DNA of 64,000 nucleotides from Bartonella sp. HY328 (GTDB lineage Bacteria; Pseudomonadota; Alphaproteobacteria; Rhizobiales; Rhizobiaceae). The stretch spans positions 2,475,224-2,539,223 of the forward strand of contig NZ_CP104883.1 of NCBI RefSeq assembly GCF_025449335.1, written 5' to 3'. Each line of letters opens with the position of its first letter. The first letter of the stretch is position 1. The position numbers and the translations under genes were made by a program. This document shows positions 29,619 through 40,964 of the stretch, one piece after another. The notes beneath the pieces were generated by a model, which worked only from the letters and a program-made list of their open reading frames with translations, ran no database searches and had not been told where the DNA came from.

Positions 29619-30162
29619 AGCTTACAGCGTCTCCATTATACTTACACATTTTAAAGCATCACGTCCCTTAAGCATAAAGCATTTTTCCGCACGGACGAAA
29701 ACACCTAAAAGCTCATGATCGCAATTTTTTTACCAATATAACCCAATCTGTCAAAAAAATCGATTATTCAAACTAAAAGCGACCTCATTTTTGACCAAAA
29801 AAGATATTTCAGCATTGCCTAATGCCAAACCTCTTGTAACACAGATAATACTATTTGCTCCTATGTTTTTATCGAAGTTAAAGACAATTTTTCAAACGCG
29901 CCATTTTGCTGCTAATTGGAACGGTTAACGTAGTTAAATTTGACTTATTATAATTTTAGTTATGCTGGTATTCTCAGCAGATCAGTAACATTTTCGTGAT
30001 CTACTCATAAAAATTTGAACAGCTTAACAGGCCAAGTTTCGCACAACGCCTTGATTTTCTTGTCAACTTACTCAACCAAGGCACTTTAAAAATAAACTAA
30101 AATTTCAAAACGGCATTTGATTCGATCAAATTTGCCCTTTTGATGCTTTTGAAAGGAATGAA

Positions 30163-31371
30163 ATGTCTGGTTATTCAAATGCCCAACGCGGCAAAGCGTG
30201 GAGCATATATTTGGGGGTATCGTTAATTCTTGTTGCCTTAAATCTAAGGCCGGTTTTTTCTAGCCTTTCAATTTTACTTTCTCCCGACATTTTTGAGGCA
30301 ACCGGTATAAGTGGCTTTCAAGCAGGATTATTAACAACATTACCAGTGATATGTCTTGGCATTTTTGCCCCACTTGCACCTTGGGGAGCGTCTAAAATTG
30401 GTGCAGAACGCACCATGTTTTTAGCCCTAATTGTGCTGGCTATAGGAACAGCTTTGCGCGGATTTGGACCATTATCAACGCTTTATATTGGTTCGATTAT
30501 GGCAGGTGCTGCTATTGCTCTTGGTAATGTGTTGATGCCATCCTTGGTAAAACGCGATTTTCCCCATCATATTCCGTTAATGACTGGCTTATTTTCCATG
30601 GCACTTTGTGGTGGTGCAGCCATTGCTGTTGGCTTAACCGTCCCATTAAAACACATATTAAATGAATCTTGGCAGCTTACCCTTGCAGCTTGGGCGATCC
30701 CAGTACTGCTCGTCATTGTGTTATGGTTACCACAATTAAAAAGCCATTCAGGTGAAGGTGCACCAGCTCGCTACCAAGTTAAGGGCCTATTGAAACAGCC
30801 AATTGCTTGGCAAGTAACTCTATTTATGGGGTTACAATCAGCCCTTGCCTATTCTGTATTTGGCTGGCTTGCACAAATCATTGGCGAACGTGGTATTGAA
30901 CCCGAACAGGCAGGAATAATAACCTCTATTTCAATTCTTATTCAAGTTATTGCAAGCCTTATCATACCCGTTATCGCTGGTCGCAGGGCCAGCCAAAGCG
31001 GAATATGTGTCTTTTTGACTTTTATTGCTGGCATTGGACTGATTGGTTTTATTTTAGCTCCCTTATCAACCATTTGGATTTGGGTTGTTTTGCAAGGCCT
31101 TGGGCAAGGTGGTCTTATTGCAGTTGCTATGGTGATTATTGCTTTGCGCTCCCATGATGCACCAGTTGCGTCGCATCTCTCGGGTATGGCACAAGGCTTT
31201 GGTTACTGCATTGCTGCCATAGGCCCATTTCTTGTTGGTACCATTCATGAGGCAACGGGCGGCTTTACCGCAACAGCTGGTTTATTTGTTGCTCTTTGCC
31301 TTGGCGCCGCAGTTACAGGCTACCTTGCTGGTCGTCCCAGAACAATTCCAATAAAAGCAGACCCCATTTAA
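30163..31371 (+). CDS. MFS transporter (CynX/NimT-like family).
   Basis: 402 aa with 12 predicted TM helices. The N-terminal region resembles CynX-type MFS transporters. Confidence 0.7.
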   Translation: MSGYSNAQRGKAWSIYLGVSLILVALNLRPVFSSLSILLSPDIFEATGISGFQAGLLTTLPVICLGIFAPLAPWGASKIGAERTMFLALIVLAIGTALRGFGPLSTLYIGSIMAGAAIALGNVLMPSLVKRDFPHHIPLMTGLFSMALCGGAAIAVGLTVPLKHILNESWQLTLAAWAIPVLLVIVLWLPQLKSHSGEGAPARYQVKGLLKQPIAWQVTLFMGLQSALAYSVFGWLAQIIGERGIEPEQAGIITSISILIQVIASLIIPVIAGRRASQSGICVFLTFIAGIGLIGFILAPLSTIWIWVVLQGLGQGGLIAVAMVIIALRSHDAPVASHLSGMAQGFGYCIAAIGPFLVGTIHEATGGFTATAGLFVALCLGAAVTGYLAGRPRTIPIKADPI

Positions 31372-31502
31372 CATTTTAAGAGCAGTTTATCAAAAAAGCG
31401 CTTAAATGCTAAACAACAAATTTAATTGCAAAAATTAAAAGGTCAAAATAAAAGGTTCAAGCAAAAAACTTGGACCTTTCATGGCGAAAAAGAATTTATA
31501 AA

Positions 31503-32501
31503 TCAAAGCAAATCAAGATATTTTTGACGTTTTTGGTGATATTCTTCAGCACTTAATAATTCATTGTCGAACATTTTTTTTAGCTGTTCCAAAGCCTCCA
31601 TTGGCTTCATGGGCTCTTCATTGGAAGTATTAACAGACGAAGTATTAAAATCTCGCCCCATTTGCATACCAATGCCAAATTGCAAGCCTACCCCAGCAAG
31701 TCCACCTTCATTTTTAGCGGCATCGCGCATAGCCTTAATTTTTTCAAGCTGTACATAATCAAGACCAGCCTGTGATGCAGCATATTGATCTGCTGCCAAT
31801 TGGCCGATGCGTTGCGCATTTGCCAAGCTTTCCTCATCAAAGGCAGTACCATTAATTTTGAATTTAACTAAGGATATCCCCCAGCTTTCAAATTCATCCT
31901 GCAATAAGGCTTTTAAATCATTGGAGAGGGTTACTAGCTCGGCATCAATTTCTACAAATGCAATTTTTTTTGCCGCAATATGGCTAGCAACTACCGTTTG
32001 CAACTGCGCAACAAAAATCTGACGCATCATATCGGTTGTAAACATTTCATCATTAGAGATCAAATTAGTCATCAATGAGGATGCATTGGTAATGCGATAA
32101 TTGAAAATTCCAAACAAGCCAAGCTGTACGGGAAATTTATAAACAGGATCGATATATTTAATTTTTTCAGCTGTTCCCCAGCTTTGATTAGCGATTTCAA
32201 CAAGCTGATAAAAATAGAGTTGTAACTTGTGTTCACTTTCAAAAAACTGGCGAATTTTTAATAGGCTGGTGATAAAAGGATGGTTGGAAGTTTTGAGATT
32301 ATAAAGCCCCGGCTCCTCAATTTTATCAATTACCTTGCCTTCATAAACAAGGATACATCCCTGCCCTGGTGCAACAATAAGTTTTGAGGCATTTTTTATT
32401 TCGTCATTATCATGCGGAAATTTCCACCACAAAACATCATTATGTGGCTCGCCCCATTGGATAACAGTTGCTAACTGATTTTTTAAAAACCGCTTCATCA
32501 C
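31503..32501 (-). CDS. SPFH (band-7)-domain protein with a C-terminal SHOCT domain.
   Basis: 332 aa with SPFH-like core similarity. The C-terminus LEQLKKMFDNELLSAEEYHQKRQKYLDLL matches the SHOCT oligomerisation motif. Confidence 0.6.
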   Translation of the reverse strand: MMKRFLKNQLATVIQWGEPHNDVLWWKFPHDNDEIKNASKLIVAPGQGCILVYEGKVIDKIEEPGLYNLKTSNHPFITSLLKIRQFFESEHKLQLYFYQLVEIANQSWGTAEKIKYIDPVYKFPVQLGLFGIFNYRITNASSLMTNLISNDEMFTTDMMRQIFVAQLQTVVASHIAAKKIAFVEIDAELVTLSNDLKALLQDEFESWGISLVKFKINGTAFDEESLANAQRIGQLAADQYAASQAGLDYVQLEKIKAMRDAAKNEGGLAGVGLQFGIGMQMGRDFNTSSVNTSNEEPMKPMEALEQLKKMFDNELLSAEEYHQKRQKYLDLL

Positions 32502-32602
32502 TCTTTATCCTCGTTATATTGGTCAACAATACTATCTTGTAAATTTCTGAGGTTTATTCTACGAATGACATTACCATTACTATCGATAAAAGCCTTTATA
32601 TC

Positions 32603-33859
32603 TTAATGGGTTATGGAAATACCGCCATCATAAACGTCACTTTTAAAATTATAACTACCGCTACCCTCTGGCCAATCTTTTACAACGGTAAAAATTTCTT
32701 CTGGCCTCTTAGTCCATAATATCTCGCCAGTATTTATATCAAGTGCTTGATACATGACCATTTCGCTATCAAGCGGTTTAGACCTAAAGCTGATATAAAG
32801 CCGCTCACTATCCCGCCCTAAAATAGCAAGACCGAACAGATTACGATCACTCACAAAACGATCAATACGTTTGATATATTTTTGAACTGCAAAAACGCTA
32901 TAATTAAGCCTCGTCACCGTTTCTTTATTTGCTAAAACCTGTTCTAATTCAAGGCCAAACGCAAAATTGTCATAAGGGGTTCCAGGCTTATAGGCCAAAT
33001 CAAGACAGGCAATATCCCTCTTCTTTCCATTTGGAAAGCTCTCAAACTCAATGAAATCAGAAGATTTATCAATAAATACACCCCTATCTATAGCATTCAT
33101 TCTTTGGTCAAAGGTTAAAGCAAGATCATAGCTAAGATAGACATAATATTCTTCACCATCATTCGCCGTTACCCGCATTTCCTCGTCATAATAATTCGAA
33201 TGACCAATTTCGATTTTAGCGACACCAACTTGAAGTTGGGGCAATTTTTCAAATGTTTGCATTGACACAGGATTAAACTTTAATTGCTCTTTATCCCATG
33301 TGTAAAGGCCCGTATTTCCGACAAGAACCCTAGCCCCCCCATTAAAATATTTTTCAAAATAAATTCTTTCAGCTCTATAAGACAAAATGATATCTTGGCG
33401 TGACAGTCGCTCGCCTGTTATTACATCATCAACAAGAACAACCAAAACATCTGGAATTTGTTCGATGTTTTTTATGCCACTATACCTTGAATAGGACATA
33501 ATCATTGTTGTTACATAAACATTCTTATGCTCAGCATTTCCAGTGAGCACGCGGTTTTCTGCATCTTTTAAAGCATATTTTTCGGTTTTAATCTTGAAGG
33601 CTGGTGCTTGTGGGCGTGGCGGTGTAGGAGATATATTTTCCCCAACTGAAAAAATAATAAAAAACAAAATTGGCAGCACGACCAGCGCAGCTAAAGTAAG
33701 AAGTATAAATCTTTTTGCCTGCCTAAAACCATGTTTGATATTTTCATCTAAACTATGAACATGTTGATGATGAACCGTTTTATTGGCATTTGGGTCTTGA
33801 ATAAAAAAAATCAGCTCCACAGCTTTCGCATTTATAATAGCGCTCACGTAGGGTTTCAA
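32603..33859 (-). CDS. Hypothetical single-pass membrane protein with a large C-terminal extracytoplasmic domain.
   Basis: One TM helix near residues 55-75. No recognised family. The start codon appears to be TTG. Confidence 0.4.
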   Translation of the reverse strand: MKPYVSAIINAKAVELIFFIQDPNANKTVHHQHVHSLDENIKHGFRQAKRFILLTLAALVVLPILFFIIFSVGENISPTPPRPQAPAFKIKTEKYALKDAENRVLTGNAEHKNVYVTTMIMSYSRYSGIKNIEQIPDVLVVLVDDVITGERLSRQDIILSYRAERIYFEKYFNGGARVLVGNTGLYTWDKEQLKFNPVSMQTFEKLPQLQVGVAKIEIGHSNYYDEEMRVTANDGEEYYVYLSYDLALTFDQRMNAIDRGVFIDKSSDFIEFESFPNGKKRDIACLDLAYKPGTPYDNFAFGLELEQVLANKETVTRLNYSVFAVQKYIKRIDRFVSDRNLFGLAILGRDSERLYISFRSKPLDSEMVMYQALDINTGEILWTKRPEEIFTVVKDWPEGSGSYNFKSDVYDGGISITH

Positions 33860-34133
33860 CCCTCGGGCTGCCGCATTGTGGGCATTTTATTGCTTTAATA
33901 GATGCAGACATAAACTGGCCTTTTTAAATTTTACTATTTTAAGAATATTTCGCCATAGGTGCACCAATAAAACAAGTTTTTATTTTTGCCTCAACAATAC
34001 TCAAAAATCTTTTACACAAGAAAATCACAAAAAAAACAAAAGAATTATTTTCGTAAGATGAAAAAATAGCATTTTTTACAGGAAAACTGTCTTCCTCCAT
34101 AAAAATGTTTTAATCTATACAACAAAGACAAAA

Positions 34134-34166
34134 GTCAAAGCACGCGATTTGATCATGTGCTTTGAC
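34134..34166 (-). terminator. Terminator hairpin (gtcaaagcac...gtgctttgac) downstream of the hydrolase gene at 34199.
   Basis: 10-bp perfect stem followed by a T-rich tract on the minus strand. Confidence 0.6.
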
Positions 34167-34198
34167 AAAATATATGGATATCAACCTAATGCTTAAGA

Positions 34199-35095
34199 TT
34201 ATTTTTGAGGCGAAGGAGTGGTTCGTGTTGACATTGCCGACACACTATCGCTATTGCCATTACCAAGCCAAGCGATAATTTGCTTTTTATCAAGTTCCCC
34301 GATCATATGGTCAGCAGCGACCATATGGCTTTCAACCTTTGCACCATTATTTTTCAGCAAGGACGATAATACGGGTGCAAAAGGAGAGTAAAGCCGATCC
34401 TTTTGCCCTGATAGGGTTAAGATGCTTGTCTTATGAAGATTAGCACGTGGCATGGTGTCTAGCACTGGCATAGAGCGCATTAAGACTGCGCGGCGCACCA
34501 AATCAGGTTGCTGCAAAAGCACAACGGCAAGCAAATTTGCACCATTTGAATAGCCAATGAAGGTCGTTCGGCCAACATCCAACTCATTTTCATCAGCAAG
34601 TTTGGTTAAGAAACTTACAAAGGCTTCAGCCTCGCGGCTTACATCTTTTTGGTCAAAACGCGTCGCTGTAATTTTGGTGTACCAACGTCTTTGGCCCTTT
34701 TGAACAACACGTCCGCGAATACCCACTAAGGTTGCTCGTGGCCAGATAGAACGGGCAAAAGGCATAAGGCTTTTTTCATTACCACCAGAACCATGCATCA
34801 AAACAACCACATCGCCAGATGCATTCGTTGGCCGGTCAATCTGATAAATAAATTCACTATTACGGCTTATAGCTTGCACGTCATTGTTATGTGGCTTAGC
34901 TTTAATAGCATTGGCTTCAACGGCTCCCGTGCGACTATCCGTGGCAACGGTGTTTAACCTATCGGTTTTATCTGTTGTTTGCACATTATCCAAACAAGAT
35001 GCAGAAGCTTTTGAAAGACAATCATTGTCATTAGCCCAAACGGGGCTGCAAATCGTGGATAGAATGAAGAGTGTCAGGTAAAAACGTTTCATCAT
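34199..35095 (-). CDS. Secreted alpha/beta hydrolase (phospholipase/carboxylesterase family).
   Basis: Sec signal peptide MMKRFYLTLFILSTICSPVWA. GYSNGA nucleophile motif. Asp and His lie in the C-terminal region. Confidence 0.6.
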   Translation of the reverse strand: MMKRFYLTLFILSTICSPVWANDNDCLSKASASCLDNVQTTDKTDRLNTVATDSRTGAVEANAIKAKPHNNDVQAISRNSEFIYQIDRPTNASGDVVVLMHGSGGNEKSLMPFARSIWPRATLVGIRGRVVQKGQRRWYTKITATRFDQKDVSREAEAFVSFLTKLADENELDVGRTTFIGYSNGANLLAVVLLQQPDLVRRAVLMRSMPVLDTMPRANLHKTSILTLSGQKDRLYSPFAPVLSSLLKNNGAKVESHMVAADHMIGELDKKQIIAWLGNGNSDSVSAMSTRTTPSPQK

Positions 35096-35467
35096 ATCTT
35101 TGCTATACCATATATTGGTTTAGGAAATATGAATTTGAACTGGTAAAAATAATTTTTCATATTTACAATAACATGCACCTTATTCGCTCATATCTTTCCT
35201 AAGTGAATTTCTTAAACCAAATTTTTTAAAATATAAACAACGGCTTTTACACATGTTTCACGAAATATTTTGACTATCGATCCAATCATATAATTACATA
35301 TTCATATTTCAAATTGATTACTAAAATAACACAATTTACTGACGATTTATAATCTACATACAAAAACCTGTTAAATTATGACAATTCCATAATCTTCCAT
35401 CAACTTATAGCAAATTGACCATAAAAGCGCTTAATATTACCTATAATTCTAAATTACCGACAACCCA

Positions 35468-36424
35468 ATGAAGAGCGAAAAGCCTAGCATGCGAAAATTT
35501 TTAAAGATTTTGCTTCATCTCATCTGGACCTTAGTTTTACTGCTTGGCTTTTTGTGGTGTGGCCTTGGTTTTTTCTATCAGCTTGATAGCATTGTTTTTT
35601 CAATCATTGGCTTGATTTGGCTAATCCTTACAGGTTTTGTACTTTATAGCGAATGGCAGTGGAAACCACGTGCTGCACGAGCAATAGCAATTATCGCCTT
35701 TATCGGTTTTGGAATTTGGTGGTCAACGATTAAGCCAACCTTGGATGGAGATTGGGATCCAGCCTTACAATATGGTGTCACAGCAAATTTAACCGGCAGC
35801 ACTGTCCATGTTTCTCATATTCGCAACTTTGATTGGCAAACACCTGAGCAAGGCATCCCCCGTTGGTTTGATGCAAGTTTTGATCTTACTCATTTAAAAA
35901 GCATGAATATTTATCTGTCTTACTGGATGGGGCCTTACATTGCCCATACATTGGTTGGATTTGAATTTGACAATGGACAGGAGTTAATTTTTTCTTCGGA
36001 AATTCGCCGAAAAAAGGGACAAGAATTTTCGGCAATTGGCGGTTTTTTTAAGGAATTTGAACTGATCACCATTGCCGCAACTAAAGAAGATATTATTCGT
36101 TTACGCACCGATATCCGCAAAGAGCAAGTTTATCGCTACCCGCTTAAAACATCTTCTGCTCAAACACAGGCGCTGTTTTTAACCTATATTGAAAAAGCCA
36201 ATGCATTATCTAAAACGCCGCGTTTTTATAATACCGCAACAGCCAATTGCACGACAGTCGTCTTTGATATGGCTCGTATATTAGAGCCCTCAATTCCTAA
36301 AGATTGGCGGATCCTATTTTCAGGGCAATTGCCATCCTATCTTTATGATCACGGCTTTATTGATACGTCTAAGAGTTTGGAGCAAGTGGTAAAAGAAGCG
36401 CATTTGGCGCCAGAAAACCCATAA
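35468..36424 (+). CDS. DUF4105 (Lnb N-terminal domain-like) membrane protein, paralog A.
   Basis: N-terminal TM helices. The conserved block RFYNTATANCTTVV is the Y..x..NCTT signature of DUF4105. Confidence 0.55.
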   Translation: MKSEKPSMRKFLKILLHLIWTLVLLLGFLWCGLGFFYQLDSIVFSIIGLIWLILTGFVLYSEWQWKPRAARAIAIIAFIGFGIWWSTIKPTLDGDWDPALQYGVTANLTGSTVHVSHIRNFDWQTPEQGIPRWFDASFDLTHLKSMNIYLSYWMGPYIAHTLVGFEFDNGQELIFSSEIRRKKGQEFSAIGGFFKEFELITIAATKEDIIRLRTDIRKEQVYRYPLKTSSAQTQALFLTYIEKANALSKTPRFYNTATANCTTVVFDMARILEPSIPKDWRILFSGQLPSYLYDHGFIDTSKSLEQVVKEAHLAPENP

Positions 36425-36612
36425 GCAACGCAAAACTCGCGATGAAATTTGGTGTTGTAATTTTCAAAACTACTAAAGCCAAAACTATAGTCTTGCCATA
36501 AAACAGCAGCAGATCACAAAATATATATTTATGACATTTTTTGAGAATAATTTTGCCATTATTATTGTGTTACCTAACTGAACAAAGTTCAGGTCTATAG
36601 GGGAAATAGATA

Positions 36613-37584
36613 GTGAAACAAGCAACAAAGATTATATTTAAAATTATTTTATCTTTGCTATTCATACTTTTCTTTATATGGGTAGCACTTGCCTTTTATT
36701 ATCAAGCGCCTTTTGGTAAAGACGTCGGCTATATTTTTCTCGTATTATGGCTGCTCTTTTCCCTTTGGATTTTAAAAACGCAATGGGGCAAAAGGCCCTG
36801 GCGAGGACGCCTTGCTTTTTTACTAAGTTTTTTATGTGTTCTTGGTTGGTGGCATACCATAAAGCCTTCCAATGACCGGCTTTGGTATCCAACCCTTACC
36901 CACGGTGTGACCGCCGATTTTGATAGCCAAACTGTCCATATCCATAATATTCGTAATTTTGATTGGAGCGATCCTACCCATACCTATACCTCATGGATTG
37001 ATGGCGAATATGATATGGATAGCGTTGTTGGGGTGGATCTCTACCTATCCTATTGGATGGGGCCATATCTTGCCCATTCCTTAGTTGGCTTTAATTTTGC
37101 TGATGGCAGACAAATTATATTCTCGTCAGAATTGCGCATTGAGCAAGATGAAGAATATTCCAATATCGCGGGATTTTTTAAAAAATATGAATTGATCATG
37201 TTGGCAGGCACAGCAGAGGATATTATTTATCAACGTGCCAATAGCCCATATGAAAGTGTTTTTCGCTATAGCCTTAAAGTCAGTAAGGAAGACGCAAAAA
37301 ATCTTTTTATCATCTATTTAACCGCAGCCAATGATCTTGCCCATAATGCTCGCTTTTACAATACGTTTTCCAGCAATTGTACAACCGTCATATTTGAACT
37401 GGCTAAAAAACACTTTCCTGACCTTCCAAGTGATTATCGCGTGATACTTTCTGGTCTTCTACCTTATTATCTATATGAGCATGGCTTTATTGACACTACA
37501 TTACCCCTCCATGACACTATGGCTAATGCATATATAAGTACTGCCCAACCGGTGCCACCCGATCTTGTCGCTGCCAAACAATGA
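36613..37584 (+). CDS. DUF4105 (Lnb N-terminal domain-like) membrane protein, paralog B.
   Basis: Clearly paralogous to 35468..36424 (ARFYNTFSSNCTTVIFE, YLSYWMGPY, IFSSE.R). Tandem arrangement. Confidence 0.55.
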   Translation: MKQATKIIFKIILSLLFILFFIWVALAFYYQAPFGKDVGYIFLVLWLLFSLWILKTQWGKRPWRGRLAFLLSFLCVLGWWHTIKPSNDRLWYPTLTHGVTADFDSQTVHIHNIRNFDWSDPTHTYTSWIDGEYDMDSVVGVDLYLSYWMGPYLAHSLVGFNFADGRQIIFSSELRIEQDEEYSNIAGFFKKYELIMLAGTAEDIIYQRANSPYESVFRYSLKVSKEDAKNLFIIYLTAANDLAHNARFYNTFSSNCTTVIFELAKKHFPDLPSDYRVILSGLLPYYLYEHGFIDTTLPLHDTMANAYISTAQPVPPDLVAAKQ

Positions 37585-37690
37585 TTGCCTATGCTAAGCA
37601 ATGGCGAAAAAAAGCTTTTTTCTTTTAGGAACAAAACCAATATTCTATTGTTGGTAACCAAGCTATAAGCCTTTTTGGGCGACTTGTTGA

Positions 37691-37719
37691 TTGACTTTGC
37701 GCCCTCTAATCCGTATAAG
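37691..37719 (+). promoter_or_regulatory. Sigma70-like promoter of the rpmH-rnpA-yidC-engB operon (TTGACT, 17 nt spacer, TATAAG).
   Basis: Near-consensus -35 and -10 hexamers with 17-nt spacing, about 120 nt upstream of rpmH. Confidence 0.5.
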
Positions 37720-37836
37720 CGCGACAACTGTCTGGTTAAAAGCCGGGCAGTTTAATAATTGTTCCAAGTCAAACTGTACCTTATAAAAAAGCAGTTTTAG
37801 AACCAAGAAGGACCGCACACCGCGGTATTAAAATAA

Positions 37837-37971
37837 ATGAAACGTACATACCAACCATCTAAACTTGTTCGCAAGCGCCGCCACGGCTTCCGTGCGCGTA
37901 TGGCTACTGCTGGTGGCCGTAAGGTTATTGCTGCACGCCGTGCACGCGGTCGTAAGCGTCTTTCAGCTTAA
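37837..37971 (+). CDS. rpmH: 50S ribosomal protein L34.
   Basis: Translation [44 protein letters not shown]. It is absent from the ORF track because it is shorter than 60 aa. Confidence 0.92.
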   Translation: MKRTYQPSKLVRKRRHGFRARMATAGGRKVIAARRARGRKRLSA

Positions 37972-37992
37972 TATTGGGTGTGATAGCCGGTC

Positions 37993-38394
37993 GTGCTTTC
38001 CCCTGATAAAAAAAAGCCACTCCGCCTTCGTAAGAGGGCAGAGTTTTTGGCTTTACGAAATGGTGAAAAGCGGCGTGGTCCGCTTTTTCTATTGGAAATG
38101 AAAGAGCAAAATGCGGACGCTCAAGATAAGAATCACGGCGCGGCTCGCATTGGTTTTACGGTTAGCAAAAAAAACGGCAATGCCGTAAAGCGAAACCGCA
38201 TTAAAAGACGCCTAAGGGAAGCTGTACGCATCAGCATCGAGCAGGACTTGGCGCAAGCAACCGATTACGTTTTTGTTGCCCGACCTGATATTTTACACGT
38301 ACCCTTTGAACAATTAGTCAATGAGCTTAAGCGCCGTATTAAGCGTAAGGCACAAAACATAAAGCCGCAACTGGATTCAGCTGATGGAATATAA
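37993..38394 (+). CDS. rnpA: Ribonuclease P protein component.
   Basis: Basic protein with [12 protein letters not shown]. It lies immediately after rpmH, uses a GTG start, and overlaps yidC by 11 nt. Confidence 0.85.
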   Translation: MLSPDKKKPLRLRKRAEFLALRNGEKRRGPLFLLEMKEQNADAQDKNHGAARIGFTVSKKNGNAVKRNRIKRRLREAVRISIEQDLAQATDYVFVARPDILHVPFEQLVNELKRRIKRKAQNIKPQLDSADGI

Positions 38395-40297
38395 TCGCAA
38401 TTTTTTTATCGCTATCGCCCTCTCAATGGCTGTCATTATGGGTTGGAGCTATTTTTATAATGAACCACAAAATCAAGTGGAGCAAAATGTTACAAACCAA
38501 GCCCAAAAAATTGAACAGGAAATGGCGCGAAATCCAGTGGGAACCGTGCCTATTGACAATGATACGAATAGCGTAGCAGGAACAGCCGGTACTAACCAGC
38601 CGACCGGCAGCGTTGAAATGACCCCGCAAGCACGCGAAGCCATTGTTAGCGACAAAGAACGTATCGCAATTGATACACCAAATCTTAAAGGTTCTATCAA
38701 CCTTTACGGTGCAAAGCTTGATGACCTTTTGCTAAAAAAATACCAAATGACGGTTGATAAGAACTCGCCGCTTATTGCCTTGCTTAATCCCACTAGCTTT
38801 AAAGAAGGCTATATAGCTGAATTTGGGTTTTCATCAGATCCGGGTGTCACCTTAAAACTTGCCAACAACAACGCTTTGTGGAAAGTTGAAGGCGAAAACA
38901 ATACACTCACACCACAAACGCCAGTAGCTCTAAGCTATGATAATGGCGAGGGACTTATATTCCATCGTACCATTTCAGTTGACGATGAATTCATGTTTAC
39001 GTTTGATGACACGGTCACCAATAATAGCGACAAGCCTGTTTCGATCCATTCTTATGGGCGCGTTATGCGCGTTTCACCTCCAAGTGAATCAAACGCCAAT
39101 TATCTTCTCCATGAAGGATTGATTGGAATATTAGGCAATCTTAATCTCCAGACCAAAAGCTATACAGACTTGTCAAAAGCTGAGCCTCTTAAGCAAACCA
39201 TCCCGTTTGAACAGCAAACAGGCGGTTGGATTGGTATTACTGATAAATATTGGGCCGTAGCAGTTGTTCCAGATCAAAAGACACCGTACATATCAAAATT
39301 CTCCTATATTGATAACAACGGTACACGCTATCAATCTGAATTTGAGCGTAACTTAACAACTATCGCACCTGGCACAACGCAATCCTTCCAAAACCATGCC
39401 TTTGCTGGCGCCAAACAAGTTGCAATTCTTGATCGTTATGAATCACAATTGCATATTGACCGTTTTGGCTTGCTTATTGATTGGGGCTTACTTGGTCTTA
39501 TTGTAAAGCCTATGTTTACCCTTATTGATTGGCTTTATAAATTGGTTGGCAATTTTGGTATTGCTATTTTACTTGCGACCGTTATCTTAAAAACCATTCT
39601 CTTCCCACTTGCCAATAAGTCTTATAAGTCTATGGCTCGTATGAAGGTTGTGCAACCAGCAATGGTTGAGATCCGCGAGAAATATGCTGAGGATAAAACC
39701 AAACAACAACAAGCGATTATGGAGCTTTACCGCAAGGAAAAGATTAATCCGCTTGCAGGTTGCTGGCCAATTCTTATCCAAATTCCTATTTTCTTCGCAC
39801 TCTATAAGGTTCTTTATATCACCATTGAAATGCGTCACGCACCATTCTTTGGCTGGATCCAAGATTTGGCTGCAAGAGATCCAACATCGCTCTTTAATTT
39901 GTTTGGTCTATTGCCTTATCATGTGCCTGATTTCATGCTTATTGGTGTTTGGCCAATTATTATGGGTATCACCATGTTCATTCAAATGCGCATGAACCCA
40001 ACCCCACCAGATCCAACACAAGCGATGATCTTCACTTGGATGCCTTTAGTATTTACCTATATGTTGGCAGCATTCCCAGCTGGCTTGGTTATTTACTGGG
40101 CATGGAACAACACGCTTTCAGTGATCCAACAGGGTATTATTATGAAGCGTCAAGGCGTGAAAATTGAGCTCTTTGATAATTTGAAAAGTGTGTTTAAAAA
40201 GAAGCCGGTAACGGCGAGCGCTACCAATCAAAATAAAAGTGGCAATCAAAACAAAAGTACCAATCAAAATAATAAAACCAACAAGACAAAGAAGTAG
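38384..40297 (+). CDS. yidC: Membrane protein insertase YidC.
   Basis: 637 aa with an N-terminal TM helix, a large periplasmic domain, and the conserved five-TM C-terminal core. Confidence 0.9.
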   Translation: MEYNRNFFIAIALSMAVIMGWSYFYNEPQNQVEQNVTNQAQKIEQEMARNPVGTVPIDNDTNSVAGTAGTNQPTGSVEMTPQAREAIVSDKERIAIDTPNLKGSINLYGAKLDDLLLKKYQMTVDKNSPLIALLNPTSFKEGYIAEFGFSSDPGVTLKLANNNALWKVEGENNTLTPQTPVALSYDNGEGLIFHRTISVDDEFMFTFDDTVTNNSDKPVSIHSYGRVMRVSPPSESNANYLLHEGLIGILGNLNLQTKSYTDLSKAEPLKQTIPFEQQTGGWIGITDKYWAVAVVPDQKTPYISKFSYIDNNGTRYQSEFERNLTTIAPGTTQSFQNHAFAGAKQVAILDRYESQLHIDRFGLLIDWGLLGLIVKPMFTLIDWLYKLVGNFGIAILLATVILKTILFPLANKSYKSMARMKVVQPAMVEIREKYAEDKTKQQQAIMELYRKEKINPLAGCWPILIQIPIFFALYKVLYITIEMRHAPFFGWIQDLAARDPTSLFNLFGLLPYHVPDFMLIGVWPIIMGITMFIQMRMNPTPPDPTQAMIFTWMPLVFTYMLAAFPAGLVIYWAWNNTLSVIQQGIIMKRQGVKIELFDNLKSVFKKKPVTASATNQNKSGNQNKSTNQNNKTNKTKK

Positions 40298-40308
40298 GGA
40301 AAATACCC

Positions 40309-40953
40309 GTGAACGATAAACCAAATAGAGCTCCACTTTTTGCTGGTAACTGGGTTTTCATTAGAAGTGTACCTTCCATGAAATTCCTACCACCAGAAGG
40401 ACCACCAGAGGTTGCCTTTGCTGGTCGCTCCAATGTTGGCAAATCGTCACTCATCAATGCCCTTGTTGGCCGTAAAGGCTTGGCGCGTACATCTAACACG
40501 CCAGGCCGCACTCAAGAACTTAACTATTTTGTTCCAGATGGCTATAGTGGTGTGGACGGTGATTTACCGCCAATGGCTTTGGTTGATATGCCTGGCTATG
40601 GCTTTGCAGAAGCACCAAAAGCGCAAGTAGAACAATGGACACGTTTGGTATTTGATTACTTGCGCGGCCGCACTACCCTGAAGCGTGTTTATGTCTTAAT
40701 CGATTCACGCCATGGCATTAAAAAGAATGACGCAGATGTTTTGGACTTGTTGGACAAAGCAGCGGTTTCTTACCAAATTGTTCTAACGAAAACAGACAAG
40801 ATCAAAAAATCAGATTTTGATAAGCTCTTTACAGCGACACAGGCGGCAATTGCCAAGCGCCCAGCTGCCTTCCCCATCCTACTTGCTACATCTTCAGAAA
40901 AAGGTGAAGGCATTGACGACGTACAGGCAGCCATTATGGAGGCCATTTCGTAA
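40309..40953 (+). CDS. engB: Ribosome biogenesis GTPase YihA/EngB.
   Basis: G1 motif [15 protein letters not shown], and NKxD replaced by TKTDK. Conserved position after yidC. Confidence 0.85.
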   Translation: MNDKPNRAPLFAGNWVFIRSVPSMKFLPPEGPPEVAFAGRSNVGKSSLINALVGRKGLARTSNTPGRTQELNYFVPDGYSGVDGDLPPMALVDMPGYGFAEAPKAQVEQWTRLVFDYLRGRTTLKRVYVLIDSRHGIKKNDADVLDLLDKAAVSYQIVLTKTDKIKKSDFDKLFTATQAAIAKRPAAFPILLATSSEKGEGIDDVQAAIMEAIS

Positions 40954-40964
40954 GGTTCTTATCA

